Source: Felis catus (lineage: Eukaryota). From it: 64,000 bases of DNA. A model generated the notes under the pieces. That model made no database searches and had not been told where the DNA came from. It was given only the letters and a program-made list of their open reading frames with translations. Where the stretch lies: assembly GCF_018350175.1 (NCBI RefSeq), contig NC_058368.1, positions 172,300,001 to 172,364,000 of the forward strand, given 5' to 3'. The translations under genes and the position numbers were made by a program. Position 1 is the first letter of the stretch, and the number at the start of each line of letters is the position of its first letter. Positions 1 through 13,751 of this stretch are shown one piece after another.

Positions 1-281
1 GAAAAGGTTACTTTAACTGATCTTCAAAAATAAAAAAAAAATTGAGCTCTCTCCTTGTAACTTCATTATTGCGGTATGTGCAGTTAACTGTTACTCACGG
101 TGTATTCTCATGACTTTGAGGATCCAGAGATTTCTGGCCAAGAAACAAAAGCAGAACCTGAACTCCACCCCCACCCCAGCCATCCCTTTGTGGATCTGGA
201 TGAAAACTGGTGATAAAATCAGGTACAGCTCCAGGAGGCGGCACTGGAGAAAAACCAAACTGGGTCTACAAGTAATCACAA

Positions 282-396
282 TGAGATGGCGTACCTATTC
301 ATGCCCTATCAAGGTCATGTGAGATGGTGCATATGTTCATGCTTTATCAAGCTCACACTTGATGGCGCCCATATTCATGCTCTATCAAGCTCATTC
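282..396 (+). repeat. Three diverged tandem copies of a ~38-39 bp unit in the pseudogene 3' UTR
   Basis: tgagatggcgtacctattcatgccctatcaaggtca / tgagatggtgcatatgttcatgctttatcaagctca / ttgatggcgcccatattcatgctctatcaagctca. Confidence 0.9.
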
Positions 397-449
397 GCTC
401 ATACCTATCACTTTAAGTATCACTACCACCTGGGCAATTGACATTTTTG

Positions 450-495
450 CTGGAAAAATGATTTTTCTGTTCCTGGAAAAATAATTTTTCTGTTC
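450..495 (+). repeat. 23-bp tandem duplication
   Basis: ctggaaaaatgatttttctgttc followed by ctggaaaaataatttttctgttc. Confidence 0.9.
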
Positions 496-1430
496 CTGTA
501 CTTCCGCACTGGTGGGTTGGTTCAGTAATAGGTGAAACCTTTTTTTGAAAAAAAAAATGATAAATTAAAAAAAAATCTGTTAAGTTTACTAAATTAAAAA
601 AAAATCTTAATAGATTTTTAAAATTTACTATGCAAGTATTATAGTACAATATTTGCCAGTAAGTTGCTTACTACTTTCTGTTAACAAATTCTTACTGTTT
701 ATAGTGTTATTTTATTTTCATGGAAAACCAAAATTGCATGTATATACAAGGATATTTGGAAAGAAACACAGACAAAATAAAGACACTGCAATAAACTGGT
801 AGCACCCACTTAAATTTCAAGGTGTGTTGCATCCTAATGACACATCATGAAAGAGATGACAGTGTAACAATGAAATCCTGCTAATCAGAGGACATTAAGA
901 TTTCAGCGTGCACTAAATACTGATGTGATCCCTGAGGCAGAAACTCCCACAGAGAATTCTATGAACAGGAGTAAAAGAGTTCCCTGATAAGGCCTGCATT
1001 GTTCATAAATTTTTATACTGATCCAATTTAGCAGGTATTGAATTCCCCATTCTAGGGAAACCAAGTACCTTTAACGGCGAAAACAGTCAATAAACTCTGC
1101 AGATCAGCAAAGGACAAAGTATGTTTATAGCAATAGTTGAACTGCTTTGGAAGGACCCTATTTTTTACTGGATTGAGGACAGTGTTTTTTCTTTGGGAAA
1201 ACTACTGAAAACTTAGATTTGAGTGTCTGTGTGCATACATACACAGATACATACTTATACATATAACACTAACACATGTATATATACATGCGAAATTTCT
1301 AAGTATACAAAACTCCAGGCATGTGCTTTCAGACTTTTCACTAAAGCACAGGACACAGCTAAGATGTTGACTACTGAAATATTCGATACAATCATTTTTA
1401 AGTGCATACCTAGCCATTAAAATTACTGAC

Positions 1431-1667
1431 GGGCGCCTGGGTGGCTCAGTCGGTTAAGCATCCGACTTTAGCTCAGGTCATGATCTCATGGTTTGTTGGC
1501 TTCAAGCCCCTCATTGGGCTCTGTGCTGACAGCTCAGGGCCCCGGGAGCCTGCTTCAGATTCTGTGTCTCCGTCTCTCTCAGTCCCTCCCTTGCTCGCAC
1601 CCTGTGTCTGTCTGTCTGTCTGTCTGTCTCTCTTTCTTAAAAATAACCATTTTAAAAAATTAATAAA
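1431..1667 (+). mobile_element. Carnivore SINE (CanSINE/SINEC, feline type)
   Basis: gggcgcctgggtggctcagtcggttaag head, CT-rich tract, A-rich tail. Confidence 0.95.
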
Positions 1668-2114
1668 ATACTTTAATATGCACTACACTTAAAGAAAATC
1701 CCTTTAAAATGTCTGATGCCAGTTCTCATTTCAGCAAAGGCACAGGCAGGAGAAGGCACTGACTTCTCCCTCCTCACCACAGGCTGCTGACTGATGGGCC
1801 ATTTTACACTCACTGTTACATCTAATCCAAAGCACCAGGAAAGAGCAGGAGACACACATTTCAAATCTGCTCAAATGTTCTCTCCCATCAGGGGTCCTGC
1901 TGATTGTTCAGAGAACAGTGCGTTCAGCTACAGAGAAAAGGTCTGAATCCTCTCTCCTTTCCAAATCGCCTAACCCCGCCAATATCAGCCACAACCAGAA
2001 TTATCTTGCTCTCTGAAAAGGAAGAAAATGGGAGGAGAAGAGGGAAGAAAATGATGGCAAAAAATGTTCATGATTAAATACAAAGCTTTATCACAAACAA
2101 AAATAAATAAAAAC

Positions 2115-2290
2115 CCCAGACCTGAGTACCAGTTCAACCTTGGGTGCATTTTTACAATTTTCCAAGCCTCAGTTTATTCACCCTGTAAAATGGAAACCAT
2201 ACCCACCCACCTAACCAAAGAGAGTTGTAAAGGTTCAACGAACATACTATAAGTCAATCACTTAACCACAGTGCTGCCTGGCTGAACGTG
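2115..2290 (+). mobile_element. MIR SINE fragment
   Basis: MIR core-like gcctcagtttattcaccctgtaaaatgg. Confidence 0.6.
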
Positions 2291-2869
2291 AGCCATAATG
2301 ACCATTATCGTCTTAATTATGCCACACGTTGAGCTTGCTAAGAAGCGTTAAGATAAAATTGAGCCTTGAAAACAGTGATGGCTACTGTTCTATCTTCTTG
2401 TTTTCACAAACCCTGACTAAGCAATCAGAATGACTCATCACACTGAGGCCTAGAACACATTAATCACAGTAATCTACACTTTGATTTCCCCTTGTGCAAC
2501 TGAATCCACTGCTCCTGCACCAGGGCTGGTCCTGCAGAAAAGCACGCAAACCCATTAATCCTCAGCAGCCTAGAAACTGGGTTTAGCCTCATGCCCAGTG
2601 TGTTCCCCCGGACTTCCTAGCTCCTCATATCACAAGGTAAGAGATGATCAAGAACCAAGTGGGATACATACAGCGACCCCAAAATGAATTTTCATGAAAA
2701 TATATCTGAATGGTAAAAAGACACAAGTTACTGTGAACAGGGATGTGCACAAAGCTCTGTTCATGATGGTAGAAACAACAAAAAAGATTAGGTGAAAAGA
2801 CTGCATGATATGAATAATATACTATGCTGTCAACAAAACAGAAATATATATAATAATCAACATGGTATT

Positions 2870-3180
2870 CATTATTTCACATATGTATGTTCATTCCCTT
2901 GGTTGATTCAGGTTGCTTTCTACCTGTCCCCACCAGCCACCTGGAACAAATTTTCCATCCCCCCTACCCCATATCTACCCTTTTGCTCCTCTTTATTTTT
3001 CATAACACTTATTAGTACCTGACAATGTATCATATAGGTTTTTTGCTGACCCATTTCCCTCGTGAGACTATGAGTTCCCGGGAGGCACACAAGTCAACAT
3101 ACCAGGGATACAGCCAATACACAAGATGAACTAAGCCTGGCCCATGATGGAACTTCAGACAATATTTATTCAATGGACAA
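2870..3180. mobile_element. Probable L2 fragment
   Basis: Degenerate L2 3'-end-like motifs (agactatgagttcc..., caatatttattcaatgga). Confidence 0.4.
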
Positions 3181-4261
3181 ATTTAGAAAATTCAGATAGA
3201 ATTTACATTATCCTTAACCCCACCACCTACAGATCACATCACTCAGCAAATATAGGTCAGATATTTTTCTACATGTAAATGTATACTTAAAATAGCTTAT
3301 TTTAAACAGTATGTTTACTATTTCAAATTCTCCAGGTAATTCACCAAATTGTTAACTCCTCTCCAGGTTATCAAACCTCTAGGACACTTCTCTATCCCTC
3401 CAGCAGGTCAATGTTCTTTTTGATAAGTACTACCTAGAACCAAGCACAGCACTCCAGATGAATTTTGGCCAACATACTTCCTATGAGCCAGAGACCATGC
3501 CAACTGCCTTCCACGGGTTTCACTGAATTCTCACCCAACAAGATAGAAGCTATTATTACCTCATTCTGCAGATAACAAAACCAAGGCACAGTCAGTTTTT
3601 CTAGTACTTGAAACCCCAAACTCCCAAGCTGACCTATCCCATTTACCATTACTGCACCTCATCTATCACGGCTATCCAGGGTTGCACATTCCCAGATCCC
3701 GCGACCTGACTGGGCCAAGGGAGAGAATCAGAGTCGTCAAGATTGCAGACTTGGATGGCGTCCAGCACCAGATGGTTTACAGCAGTGCTGCACAAACCGG
3801 AAAAGCCACTGGTACCAGAAGGGAGTTTCAGTGAGATCCCCAGTACTTGCTTTGACTGTGTTCAGGGCTGAAGGGAAGGAGCTACAGGGTAGGAGAGGGG
3901 CCAAACAAACCCACACAGACCCTGTGCATGCAAGTGAGCCATTAACCCACCAAGGCGGGGGTGCCCCCTACCCGATCTGCCAGCACCAGCTTGGCCAGGG
4001 TCGGTGAGTGTTGCACAATCCCTTGCCAAATCACAAAGATGTCACGACTGCAGCTCAAAACTCTGACACAAGTAAGTGAGCCACTAATATGAAACACTGT
4101 GGTTTGCGTCCAGCTTGACAGCATTCCTGCTCCTTTCCTGTAAGGAGCCCTCATCCTTCAAAGGCACCTGACCCTCCTCCTTTGCCTCTAGAAATCACAA
4201 CACAATAGAAATTCCAACAGGTACATCACAGCTTGGCATTATTTTAATAAACAAAGCTTCA

Positions 4262-4573
4262 GGGAGCCTGGGTGGCGCAGTCGGTTAAGCGTCCGACTTC
4301 AGCCAGGTCACAATCTCACGGTCCGGGAGTTCGAGCCCCGCGTCGGGCTCTGGGCTGATGGCTCAGAGCCTGGAGCCTGCTTCCGATTCTGTGCCTCCCT
4401 CTCTCTCTGCCCCCCCCCCCATTCATGCTCTGTCTCTCTCTGTCTCAAAAATAAATAAACGTTAAAAAAAATTTAAAAAATAAAACAAAATAAAAATAAA
4501 ACAAAACAAAAACAAAACAAAAACAAAACAAAACAAAACAAAACAAAATAAAATAAAATAAAATAAAATAAAA
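4262..4573 (+). mobile_element. Young feline SINEC with (AAAAC)n/(AAAAT)n tail
   Basis: Full SINE body retaining many CpGs; TSD aaacaaagcttc on both sides. Confidence 0.97.
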
Positions 4574-7500
4574 AAACAAAGCTTCCTTTTTCCCCCCTCT
4601 ACCTACAAGGAGCACATTTCATCACATATGCCTGGACAACTTTCTTATTGGTTTATTCCCCTTTCCTGGACCCTCTGTTTCACAGACTAACTCTGAAATG
4701 AATAAATTCCAGTGGGAGTCGTGGCAGAACTCACTGACTGCAGGTGGGGAATTAAGGACGATGTGAAATCTCCTGCGCCAGGGCCCATCTCTGCCCTTCT
4801 GCTGTCCTGGCACTTCTATAACAACCTGGTAGCGAAGCAGCAGAAAGGATAAAGAGGCGGCCACACCAGAGGACTGGTGAAAGCAATGTTCCTTTGGGCA
4901 CAGATACTATGAGCTGTTTCTGACTTTCTCGAGTGAAAGGAGCCCCTAGTGAAGAAGGCACTGTCTCCCGGCCTGTAAGGCATGGCTCGCAACAAATCCA
5001 AACATGCTTCTGGACTTAGCTCCATGATGGGGACAGAGACAAACTATCTGGTTGCCCAGGAGGTGGGGAGCTTTAGCACAGGGCCTCCTAGAGGTAAGGT
5101 GTTCTTTTAACATGTATTTTGGATAGGGCATCGCTTTCTTCCCATCACACAGGTTCACCTGCAAACTACATTCCTCCCGTGCTTATAAGGGGTGAACTGT
5201 GTTTTCCCAAGCCCAAGAAGTTTGGCCTGATAGGAGTTCAAACATGCCACAGCCAAACAAGGGGACATCTAACCCTTGACTTTCTTGCAATGTTTACTTC
5301 CTCCATGCCCCTGACTTACTTCCTTATAGACAGAGCACTATTAAAGAAAAAAAATTCCCTAAAACTGCTTTATTTTGTTTCCTGAGAGCAGAAAGGCAGT
5401 GAGCAGAAAACATATTAAAGATTCCTAGGCGGTTTAAGAATGAAACATTTCCAATCTAAATAAAAGTGTCAAAGGAAAGCCTAAATCTGGCAGCAACTAG
5501 AAATACTGCAGTTTCAACAATACAAAACCCAAAATTTACCCAAACTATTTACCCAAAGCTTAGCCTCACTGCTAAAGAAGTTGACACTGTCAGTCATGAG
5601 GCATAGGCCCAAACGCAGGGGTGGAAAAAACGATGAGCAAGATTTTGCCTGATATTTAGACGCACTCTCCTTAGAGGCTGGCGTGCACTGCCCTGTGCAG
5701 TCACAACTCTGAAATGCTAACTATAAAACTGTGTTGATTCTATTATACCATTTTGAGATGGATGAACAGGATTACAAATCTAAAGACACGGTGAGATAAT
5801 CTTCCCATCATTCTCAATCCAGGACATCATTTTATAAAAAATCGTGAGCTTCGTTCTGGGCTCCCAGAAATATATCACAAATGTGAAATGGGATTATTTA
5901 GCTCTGAGGCAAGAAGGATGAAGGCAAATTAGCACTAGCTGAGAGGCATATGATGAGCTCTTATGTGGAGAGTCACCAGAGTGCATACAGCTGAGATAAA
6001 GAATTTACATTTCAGCATGAGGATTCGGGTTTGCTCCCAAAGACTCTCCTGACACTGAGGCTTGTTAGGTCTTAGAAGGTGCCACAGGGCTGTGGAATTT
6101 CACTCCCAGAAAACCTTTCAAGACAGGGGCGAGTCTCAGCTCTCTGGGCTAATGTGGGTGCAGTCCTGCCTGGGAGTTTAGTCTACAGCCTCTTGAAATT
6201 CATTCCTGTCTGATGATTCTCTCGTTTTACACCAATAGATTAGCTGGGGCAAAAAAAAGGCGAGTCAACACACAGAGCAATTATGGAGGACATTTCTTCT
6301 TATGTGGCAAAGAAAAACAGAAGCTATTTCAAGGGAAGCACAGGCACCTCAAAGTAAGCCTTTTGTTTGTTCTCTGGGTTTTTTAAAATCCCTAGCGATA
6401 GCGATTGCTAACAGAACAGCATTTACAGGAACACAGGATCGGTGCACTTCGTTCCCTGCTGCACTGTGGCCAGAGAACTATGGCATTTACATACCTGCAG
6501 GGGCAATAGCTACCCACAAAATGACTGAAACGGAACCGGATATTTAAAGTGATTGATACATAAGGAACAGCTCCCCCTCTCCCAAAATGACAGGGGAAAA
6601 AGTTACAGAGAACTTCCACCTTAAATGGCAATGGAAGAGATGGAATCTCCCCTCACACCTTTAAAACAATCTCTCCTAGGGGAGGCACACCTAATGTGTG
6701 GTATGGGTTTGCCCTTTCAATTGTCATCTTAAAAGAAACTAAAATTATTCAGAGTCCCTACTGCCTCAAAACTTTTAAAATTACAAACTTAACCCACCCC
6801 ATTCCAGATTTTATATTCTTTTGGGCAATAGATTTATGTTCACAGAGAAAAAGTGGGAACATATCACATCATTTCCGGAGGACACACAGAGCCTGAGAGA
6901 GTCCTCGTAAAGCAACAAGGTTAAGCTGACTTTTCTTTAGTCATTTCACATAGCTCGTGTGCATTAAACTGTGGACATGCCCCAGCAAGCCTATCTGGAG
7001 CTTAGAGAGCGTATGCAGTACCCCCTCACACCAACATGGCAGCTAGGGAGCCTTAAGGAATTGATAACTTAAATGTGGAACATTACAATTTTGCTGAATA
7101 TGTGTTCTTTTTTCCTAATAAATTCCAGATGTTAAGAGTAGCTTCATATCCATTCAGACCAGTGCTTTAAATGATCTGTTCTTTGGAACCTTCTGAAAAA
7201 ACATACTTGCATTTCTTTTTCCCGCTGCATTTTATGGACAAAAACAACGTTTATTCATGTACTTAAAAAAAAAAAAACTTTTAAAAAAGATTAGCCATGC
7301 CCCATAAGTTAAATGATTTCCACAGAAATACATTAATAGAGATACAGAATGATAAATCTGTGCTATGAAAGATGATAATGTAAAGCAGACCTCTCCTATA
7401 GTGAGTTCAAATTCCAAAATATATCATATGCACAAAACTCTTGTGGTTTATGGAATTCTGGATCTCCAAGTTTGAATGGGGTGCAGGCCATAGCAACCCA

Positions 7501-8167
7501 TGCTTTTCTGCTGTGTCTGTGGTTTTTTATTAAGCCCTCTTAGTGACTGGGGGGTGGGGAAGAAGAGGGCAAACAGACTGGAGGTGGGGAGGGGAGAGCA
7601 AGGCAGCGACAAAGGACTGGGCAATGCTAATTCCATGTACTGCATTTTACCCCTTAAAGTCTGTAAAGCAAAGATCCCTTGAATTTGGGCTAGACTAGTA
7701 ACAATAGCTTAGGCAAGCTTCAGCCCCCATAATACCCGCTAGCTCTCCTGCAGGCATCTAATAGAAGCAATCAATCCAGGTAGAGATTGTGTTGGCTAAG
7801 GAAATAGACAAGGTAGGACCTCTGTGTCTCCCCCTCCCCAAACCCCTGCCCCAGAGTATACTGAGTCCTTGCGGTATAGAAATTTTGGAATTGTCACCAT
7901 CCCAGATGCCTGCTGGGGAGGAAGAGATACTGATTTGCATTGCTCTTGCTCTTTTGTAGGTAAGGGAAGAGAGAAAGGGGGAAGGAATTCAAACCAAAGG
8001 ACAGGGGGAAAGGAGAAATGAAATGGACATGCCATATACAAGGAGGCAGCCATTAATTCTGAAGGAAGCCAAGAAATCCAGGAGGAGAAAGTAAGGAAAT
8101 AACAATGATGAAAATTAACATTGTAGGTTTAAAAAAAAAAAAAGAAGAAGGTGGGCTCTTTGGGGAA

Positions 8168-8521
8168 AAAAAAACAAAACCAAGCATACAGATGCAGAGA
8201 ACAGACTGGTGGTTGCCAGAGAGAGAGGAGAAGATGGGTGAAATGGGTGAAAGGAGTCAAAAGGTACAAACTTCCAGTTATAAAATAAATTGTCATGGGG
8301 ATGTAGTATACAGCATGATGACTGTAGTTAAAACTGTACTGCATATTGAAAGCTAAGAAAGGAGATCTTAAGAGTTCTCATAACAGGAAAAACATTCTAT
8401 GATTATCCATGATCATGGATGTTAAATTAGACACGGTGTTGATCATTTTGCAACATAGACAAATATTGAATCATTATGCTGTATACCTGAAACATAACAT
8501 TATATGTCAATTATACCTCAT
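8168..8521 (+). mobile_element. 3' end of an older L1 (L1MA9-like)
   Basis: agaacagactggtggttgccaga...tgtatacctgaaac...tgtcaattatacctca, typical of an L1MA 3' UTR. Confidence 0.8.
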
Positions 8522-11104
8522 TTTTTTTTAATGGGCTGTTTGAAAGACTTCTTGAAGGACCACTCACTCCTGTACCTAAATGTGCCAAAGCCTTCATTTT
8601 GCATCATCTCCTGTAACACCATGCCCACACCTTCCCAGTCAAGCACACCAAGGAGCATTTATCCTTAGATAATTAGGTGGAGTTGAGTTGTGGACCAAGA
8701 AACAGCTCGAGGTTGTTCTCAAAAAATAATTCTCTCATTCAGACCTGGTCAAACTGCTCAGGTGCAGAGCCAAAGAGGTTAATGTTCAAGTTCAGATATT
8801 CTGTGCAGGTCACATTCTGGCTGTGGGGAGAAACAAGGGTGGTTTCTTAAAATGCATTGACTTGCACTCTTCCCCGTGACAGATCACCTTTTGAACTGCT
8901 GTGGGATGACCTAGGAGAAAAATAGAAAGCTCTGCAGCCAGGCACTCCTGTGTGAGTGTAGGGAACAATCAGAGGGCTGTCTGGAAAACAAAATGCCTCA
9001 TTTCTTTAATAGTAGCTATTCACGCAGCAAGAGGCAATTCAGAGACCAGCCAGCAAAGTGCACTGCTTGGGAGATAGGCATAAATGATATGTTTCTATTC
9101 TGCCCCAGCATTTATGCATTGTCCAACTTCACTTTGGTTGAATAGTGTACTTTCTTCTGGGGCTGGCAAATGCATGATACCTTGGCTATAGCTACTGTGA
9201 TAGATTAGATGAATCTACCCCATATCTCAACTCCAGTGTAAAATTAGGAATTTTAATAAAAAGCACAAAATTTATTGTCAAAGGACAAGATCATTGACAG
9301 GTCTTGTCTTCATGGAAAGAAATAATTAATGTGGTATCCACGTTATTTTTTTTTTCTTTCTTTCCTTCCAGCAACTACTTCTTTGGAACGAGGACAAATG
9401 GAGCCACAGGATGTACCTGGTTCCATTATTTCTTTCATTTTTTTCCTTCCTCTTCTTCAATGTACTTTATTTCTACCCCATGGCAGAACCATCCTTCTCT
9501 TGTAGGATTGGGCAATATGCAATTTTCTACCTTTCAGGCAGGAAGCCACATTCCTGAAAATTTCTGATAAAACACAACCACATGAATGATGAGAAGCTCA
9601 CTGCTTTTTTTGTGTGTGCCTGTAACTAAAGTACCTCAGGGCCCAACCTCTGTCTACCCCCACCCACTCCTGTTTACTTTTCTGTGAAAGCTCATAGTCA
9701 CCTTATCTACTTCCCATGGATACTGGGGAGAGAGGGAAAGTTTATATAAATGTTGTAGGTTACAAGCACCATTAAAATGTTATAAAAATATACGATACAG
9801 TTCAAGGGGGTATTTACTGACTTTTATATTTAACTTATCTTACTTGGGTCTTTAAAATTCATCTCTAACACACTTTACGCTGCCTCTGTTTATTAAATCT
9901 GAAAACAAGTCATGTTATGGATGACAGCCTCTTTGCTAATGGAGTCAGCAGTTACAGTATAAGCAAGCACCTCTGATGTTTTCTGCGCCCACAAAAGAAC
10001 CTTAAGGAGAATGGAACTTTAAGGGCAAGTCTTGAAATTTGAGGGTCAGGATCCAAGTATTTCCAAATCACTTGCACTACTGTTACACTAATGGTCTCCT
10101 GAAGTCAAGGATAGGCGTCTGGCTCCCATACTGGGATTTCTGCATCCTGAACTGACACTTCACTAAAGTGTTGGGAATGACTGTCCCTAAAAGCTTTGGC
10201 TTTTAAATATGTCTGGTGCTTCCGTGGAGCATTTCTGCTTTGTTGGGGCATTTGGCCATGACCTCAATGAATCACAGAAAGTGAGTTACTGCAAGTTCAC
10301 TCAGATATCTGCTTTCAGCACAAAACATCTTATCACAGCTTCGTACACCCACAAGGAAGTTCCAGAGACAAATTCTGCAAGGCATAACCATAGCATGGTA
10401 CAAGGTAATTTCCCATCAGACAGGGAGCCATAACTCTGGAGACTAAAGGAGGACGCACAGAAAATAAAGCTGTTTCATCATGTGGGTACCGATTAGTCTG
10501 CATTCCTGCCCCAAACGTATTAAGGTTTCGTCTGGCAGTTAGCTAACAAGGGCAAAAATGCACAGACAAGAAGGTGGAAACCCCCTTAACCCAAAAAATG
10601 TAGCTCCGTGGTAGCTCCATGTCCCACATCATTTCACAGTGGTTCTTAGGCAGCCTCCAAGAAAAGAAGTTATTGAGAAGGAATTCTCCAGAAATTGTGA
10701 GGTATCAAAGCACAAGGAGTTTCAGAGAGATCTGTTTGTCAACCAGAGTCATGGAACTCGTCAGTAATTGACACTATTGCAGGAAGCCCCGCCTAAGGAA
10801 GGCTCTCCCCTCCCTGCCTCCATGACTGATCTAGCATCAGTTGAACATTTTATCCTAGAGAAAGTAAAATGGAAAGCTATCCAGATGTGGCTGACTGACT
10901 TCAGGCACTGCGTAAGCCTTAGAAAGAAAAGTATTTAGGGAAAGGATTCTTTATGAAAACACATAGGATACTTTTCTCCACTCATTGAGTAGAGACAGAT
11001 ACCAGTGGAAAGTTATTACCAAAGCACATAATTCAGTTCAAACAATCCAGGTACCTAACTTAATACTGACGACCAAATTCCACTTAAAAATGAGATGGGA
11101 TTCT

Positions 11105-11300
11105 GGGGTGCCTGGGTGGTTAAGCATTCAACTCTTGATTTCAGCTCAGGTCACTGATCTCACGGTTCATGAGACTGAGCCCTGTGTTGGGCTCTGTGCT
11201 GACAGCAAGAGCCTACTTGAGATTCTCTCTCTCCCTCTCTTTGCTCTTTCCTCACTTGCATGTGCATGCTCTCTCAAAATACATACATAAACTTAAAAAA
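11105..11300 (+). mobile_element. CanSINE
   Basis: SINE head and tail; TSD aaaaatgagaYRggattc. Confidence 0.93.
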
Positions 11301-11699
11301 AAAATGAGACAGGATTCAGAGCTGACTGGCACAGCTTCTCCATGTGACCACAAAACAACACAAGTAAGTATCTCAGGTGTCAAAATCATCTCCTCTTTAA
11401 GGTTATTGAATAGCCTGGGTAAGGTTTTGGAGGTTATCACAGCTTCTTTGCTTCTTCAGCAATTCATTCGGATACAGAATACGCCTCATTTTCTTTTCAT
11501 TCCATATGTGGTCGCATACTTCCTACAGGTTTATAGTTGAGAAATCTTTATTTTCCATATACATATCTTCCCCAAGTAATCTTGTTTGAATAAAAGGGAC
11601 CAGGGTGGCAGATCCAAGAGTTTTCTCTTTCTCCACACTTTTTACACATTGACAGAACCCAGAACAAATCAGGCTACAAGAAAGATGACCTCACCCATG

Positions 11700-12880
11700 G
11701 CCATCTGTGCATCTTAACATAATTACCTATGTGCTAGACGTACCATACTTTAACCAACAACCAATGATTGGATGTGTAACCAATCTTCCTTGTCATATAA
11801 TGCTGCAGTGAAGAACATTAGGACAAATTCCTGGAAATTGAATTATGGCCAAAGCCTCTGAATATGAAATTGCTTCCCCACAACAGCTGTTATAAAATAC
11901 TTCTGTTAGGTGTATCTATTTTGCTTTACTGCCAACAAATCTAGACACATCATTTAAATACTCTTTTTGCCAATATAGTTCCCAAATGACTTCTAGTCTT
12001 CATTTCCTTGGTTATTTGAGGCTAAACTTTGTTCAGAAGTTTATTAGACATGTGGCTTTACTTTTCTAATTGCCTGTTCATGTTCTTTGCCCATTTTGAC
12101 AGGATGTTGACTTCTTAGAGTTTGATGTGTATTAGAGATACTAATCGTTCACCATATGTATTGAAAATATTCTTTCCTAAGTGGCTGTTCACCTTTTAAC
12201 TTATATAGCATTTTTTTACATCTGTGTTTTATATTATTGTCTTTTCCTTTACAAATTTCTTCCCTCTGCTTTTGTTTAGAAATTCCTTCTCCACTCTAAT
12301 CAGATAGCTATGTGTATTTTCTTAATTTTAAAAATGCAGTTGTTGGGGCGCCTGGGTGGCGCAGTCGGTTAAGCGTCCGACTTCAGCCAGGTCACGATCT
12401 CGCGGTCCGTGAGTTCGAGCCCCGCATCAGGCTCTGGGCTGATGGCTCAGAGCCTGGAGCCTGTTTCCGATTCTGTGTCTCCCTCTCTCTCTGCCCCTCC
12501 CCCGTTCATGCTCTGTCTCTCTCTGTCCCAAAAATAAATAAACGTTGAAAAAAAATTAAATAAATAAATAAAAATAAAAATGCAGTTGTTTTTAAAAACT
12601 TTACTCCATTGGGGAATTGCATTGTATACATAAATTACAAATCCAAATTTGTTTTTACTTAATAATTATCCTAGTACTACTAAATAATTAAGCCCTTTGA
12701 ACTGTTCTTATTGCAGCCATTATGATATAACTAAATCCTTTTATGCTATTTTAAATGACAGTATTTTAATGTTTAATGTTACATTAATGTAAAATATTCC
12801 CTTTGTTTTTCAAAAATATTTTAGCTATTTATTATTCAGATAAAATTACTATGAAGATTTTTTTTTAAATCTCATAGGGC
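11700..12880 (-). mobile_element. Highly diverged old L1 (L1M/L1ME-like), interrupted by a SINE
   Basis: T-rich antisense L1 ORF2-like text (tgcctgttcatgttctttgcccatttt). Confidence 0.55.
12345..12574 (+). mobile_element. Young feline SINEC
   Basis: Near-consensus body; perfect 16-bp TSD taaaaatgcagttgtt at 12329-12344 and 12575-12590. Confidence 0.98.
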
Positions 12881-13519
12881 TTGGATCAGAACTTCCAGTC
12901 TCCCCATCCCCACCTCTCCCAAAGTCAGTGAAGTCAAGTATAAGACTGAATGCCACCTGAAAACATGGACATTTATCAATTGCAATTTTCTTTGTAGTGG
13001 CTCTCCTTACTAGACACAAATTCCTTGAGGAAAAACACGTCTGTTTTATCCTCAGTGTATTCTATTCCTAACAGCCAGTACAGTGCAAGCACACATACAG
13101 TTACTGAAAGACTGAAATCAAAGTGACCTACAACTTTTTTTTGTCTTGAATATCTTATTTGGGTTAGTAGCTCTAACCCAAAGTGGCTAAAACAGCATCC
13201 TTACTCTGCACTTGTTGTGTGTAAACTGAGCAAAGGTGTACAAGGGAGTTACAGGCCACTGCACCCAACTCTGACCAACGGCATAATGAATCCAAAGATG
13301 GGGACCTCTCTAAATTATGGCAATAGCAACACAAAGGGCAAAAGAAAGAGGAGGGTAGCAATGGGGTATAGTAAGATGAACTAAAATCACAGATTAGGAA
13401 TGTATGCTTGAGAACCACAGAAACCTTACTAGAGTGGGGTCCTTTTTATATCATTGCCATGGAGGAGTAGAGAGAGAGAGGAGGAGAGAGATCAGAGAAC
13501 TACTTTTTAAAAGTCCTAG

Positions 13520-13649
13520 AGTTGCCTGGGTTGTTCGGTTGGTTGAGCATCCAGCTCTTGATTTTGGCTCAGGTCATTATCCCAGGGTCATGAGATTAAG
13601 CCCCGTGTTGGGCTCTGTGCAGAGCATGGAGCCTGCTTGGGATCCTTTC

Positions 13650-13680
<31 letters not shown>

Positions 13681-13695
13681 CTCTTTCTCTCTCTT

Positions 13696-13751
<56 letters not shown>

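Larger units (their letters stand above)
47..557 (+). pseudogene. RPL39: Processed pseudogene of ribosomal protein eL39 (RPL39)
   Basis: Translation [42 protein letters not shown] matches RPL39. It is intronless. The ancestral ATG is now GTG (100), followed by a frameshift. There is an ~18-nt insertion, the stop is mutated to CAA, and an RPL39-like 3' UTR ends in an A-run at 548-557. Confidence 0.93.

Noticed and set aside
282..396. CRISPR-like array
   Set aside because: Head-to-tail diverged repeats without spacers, inside a eukaryotic pseudogene UTR.
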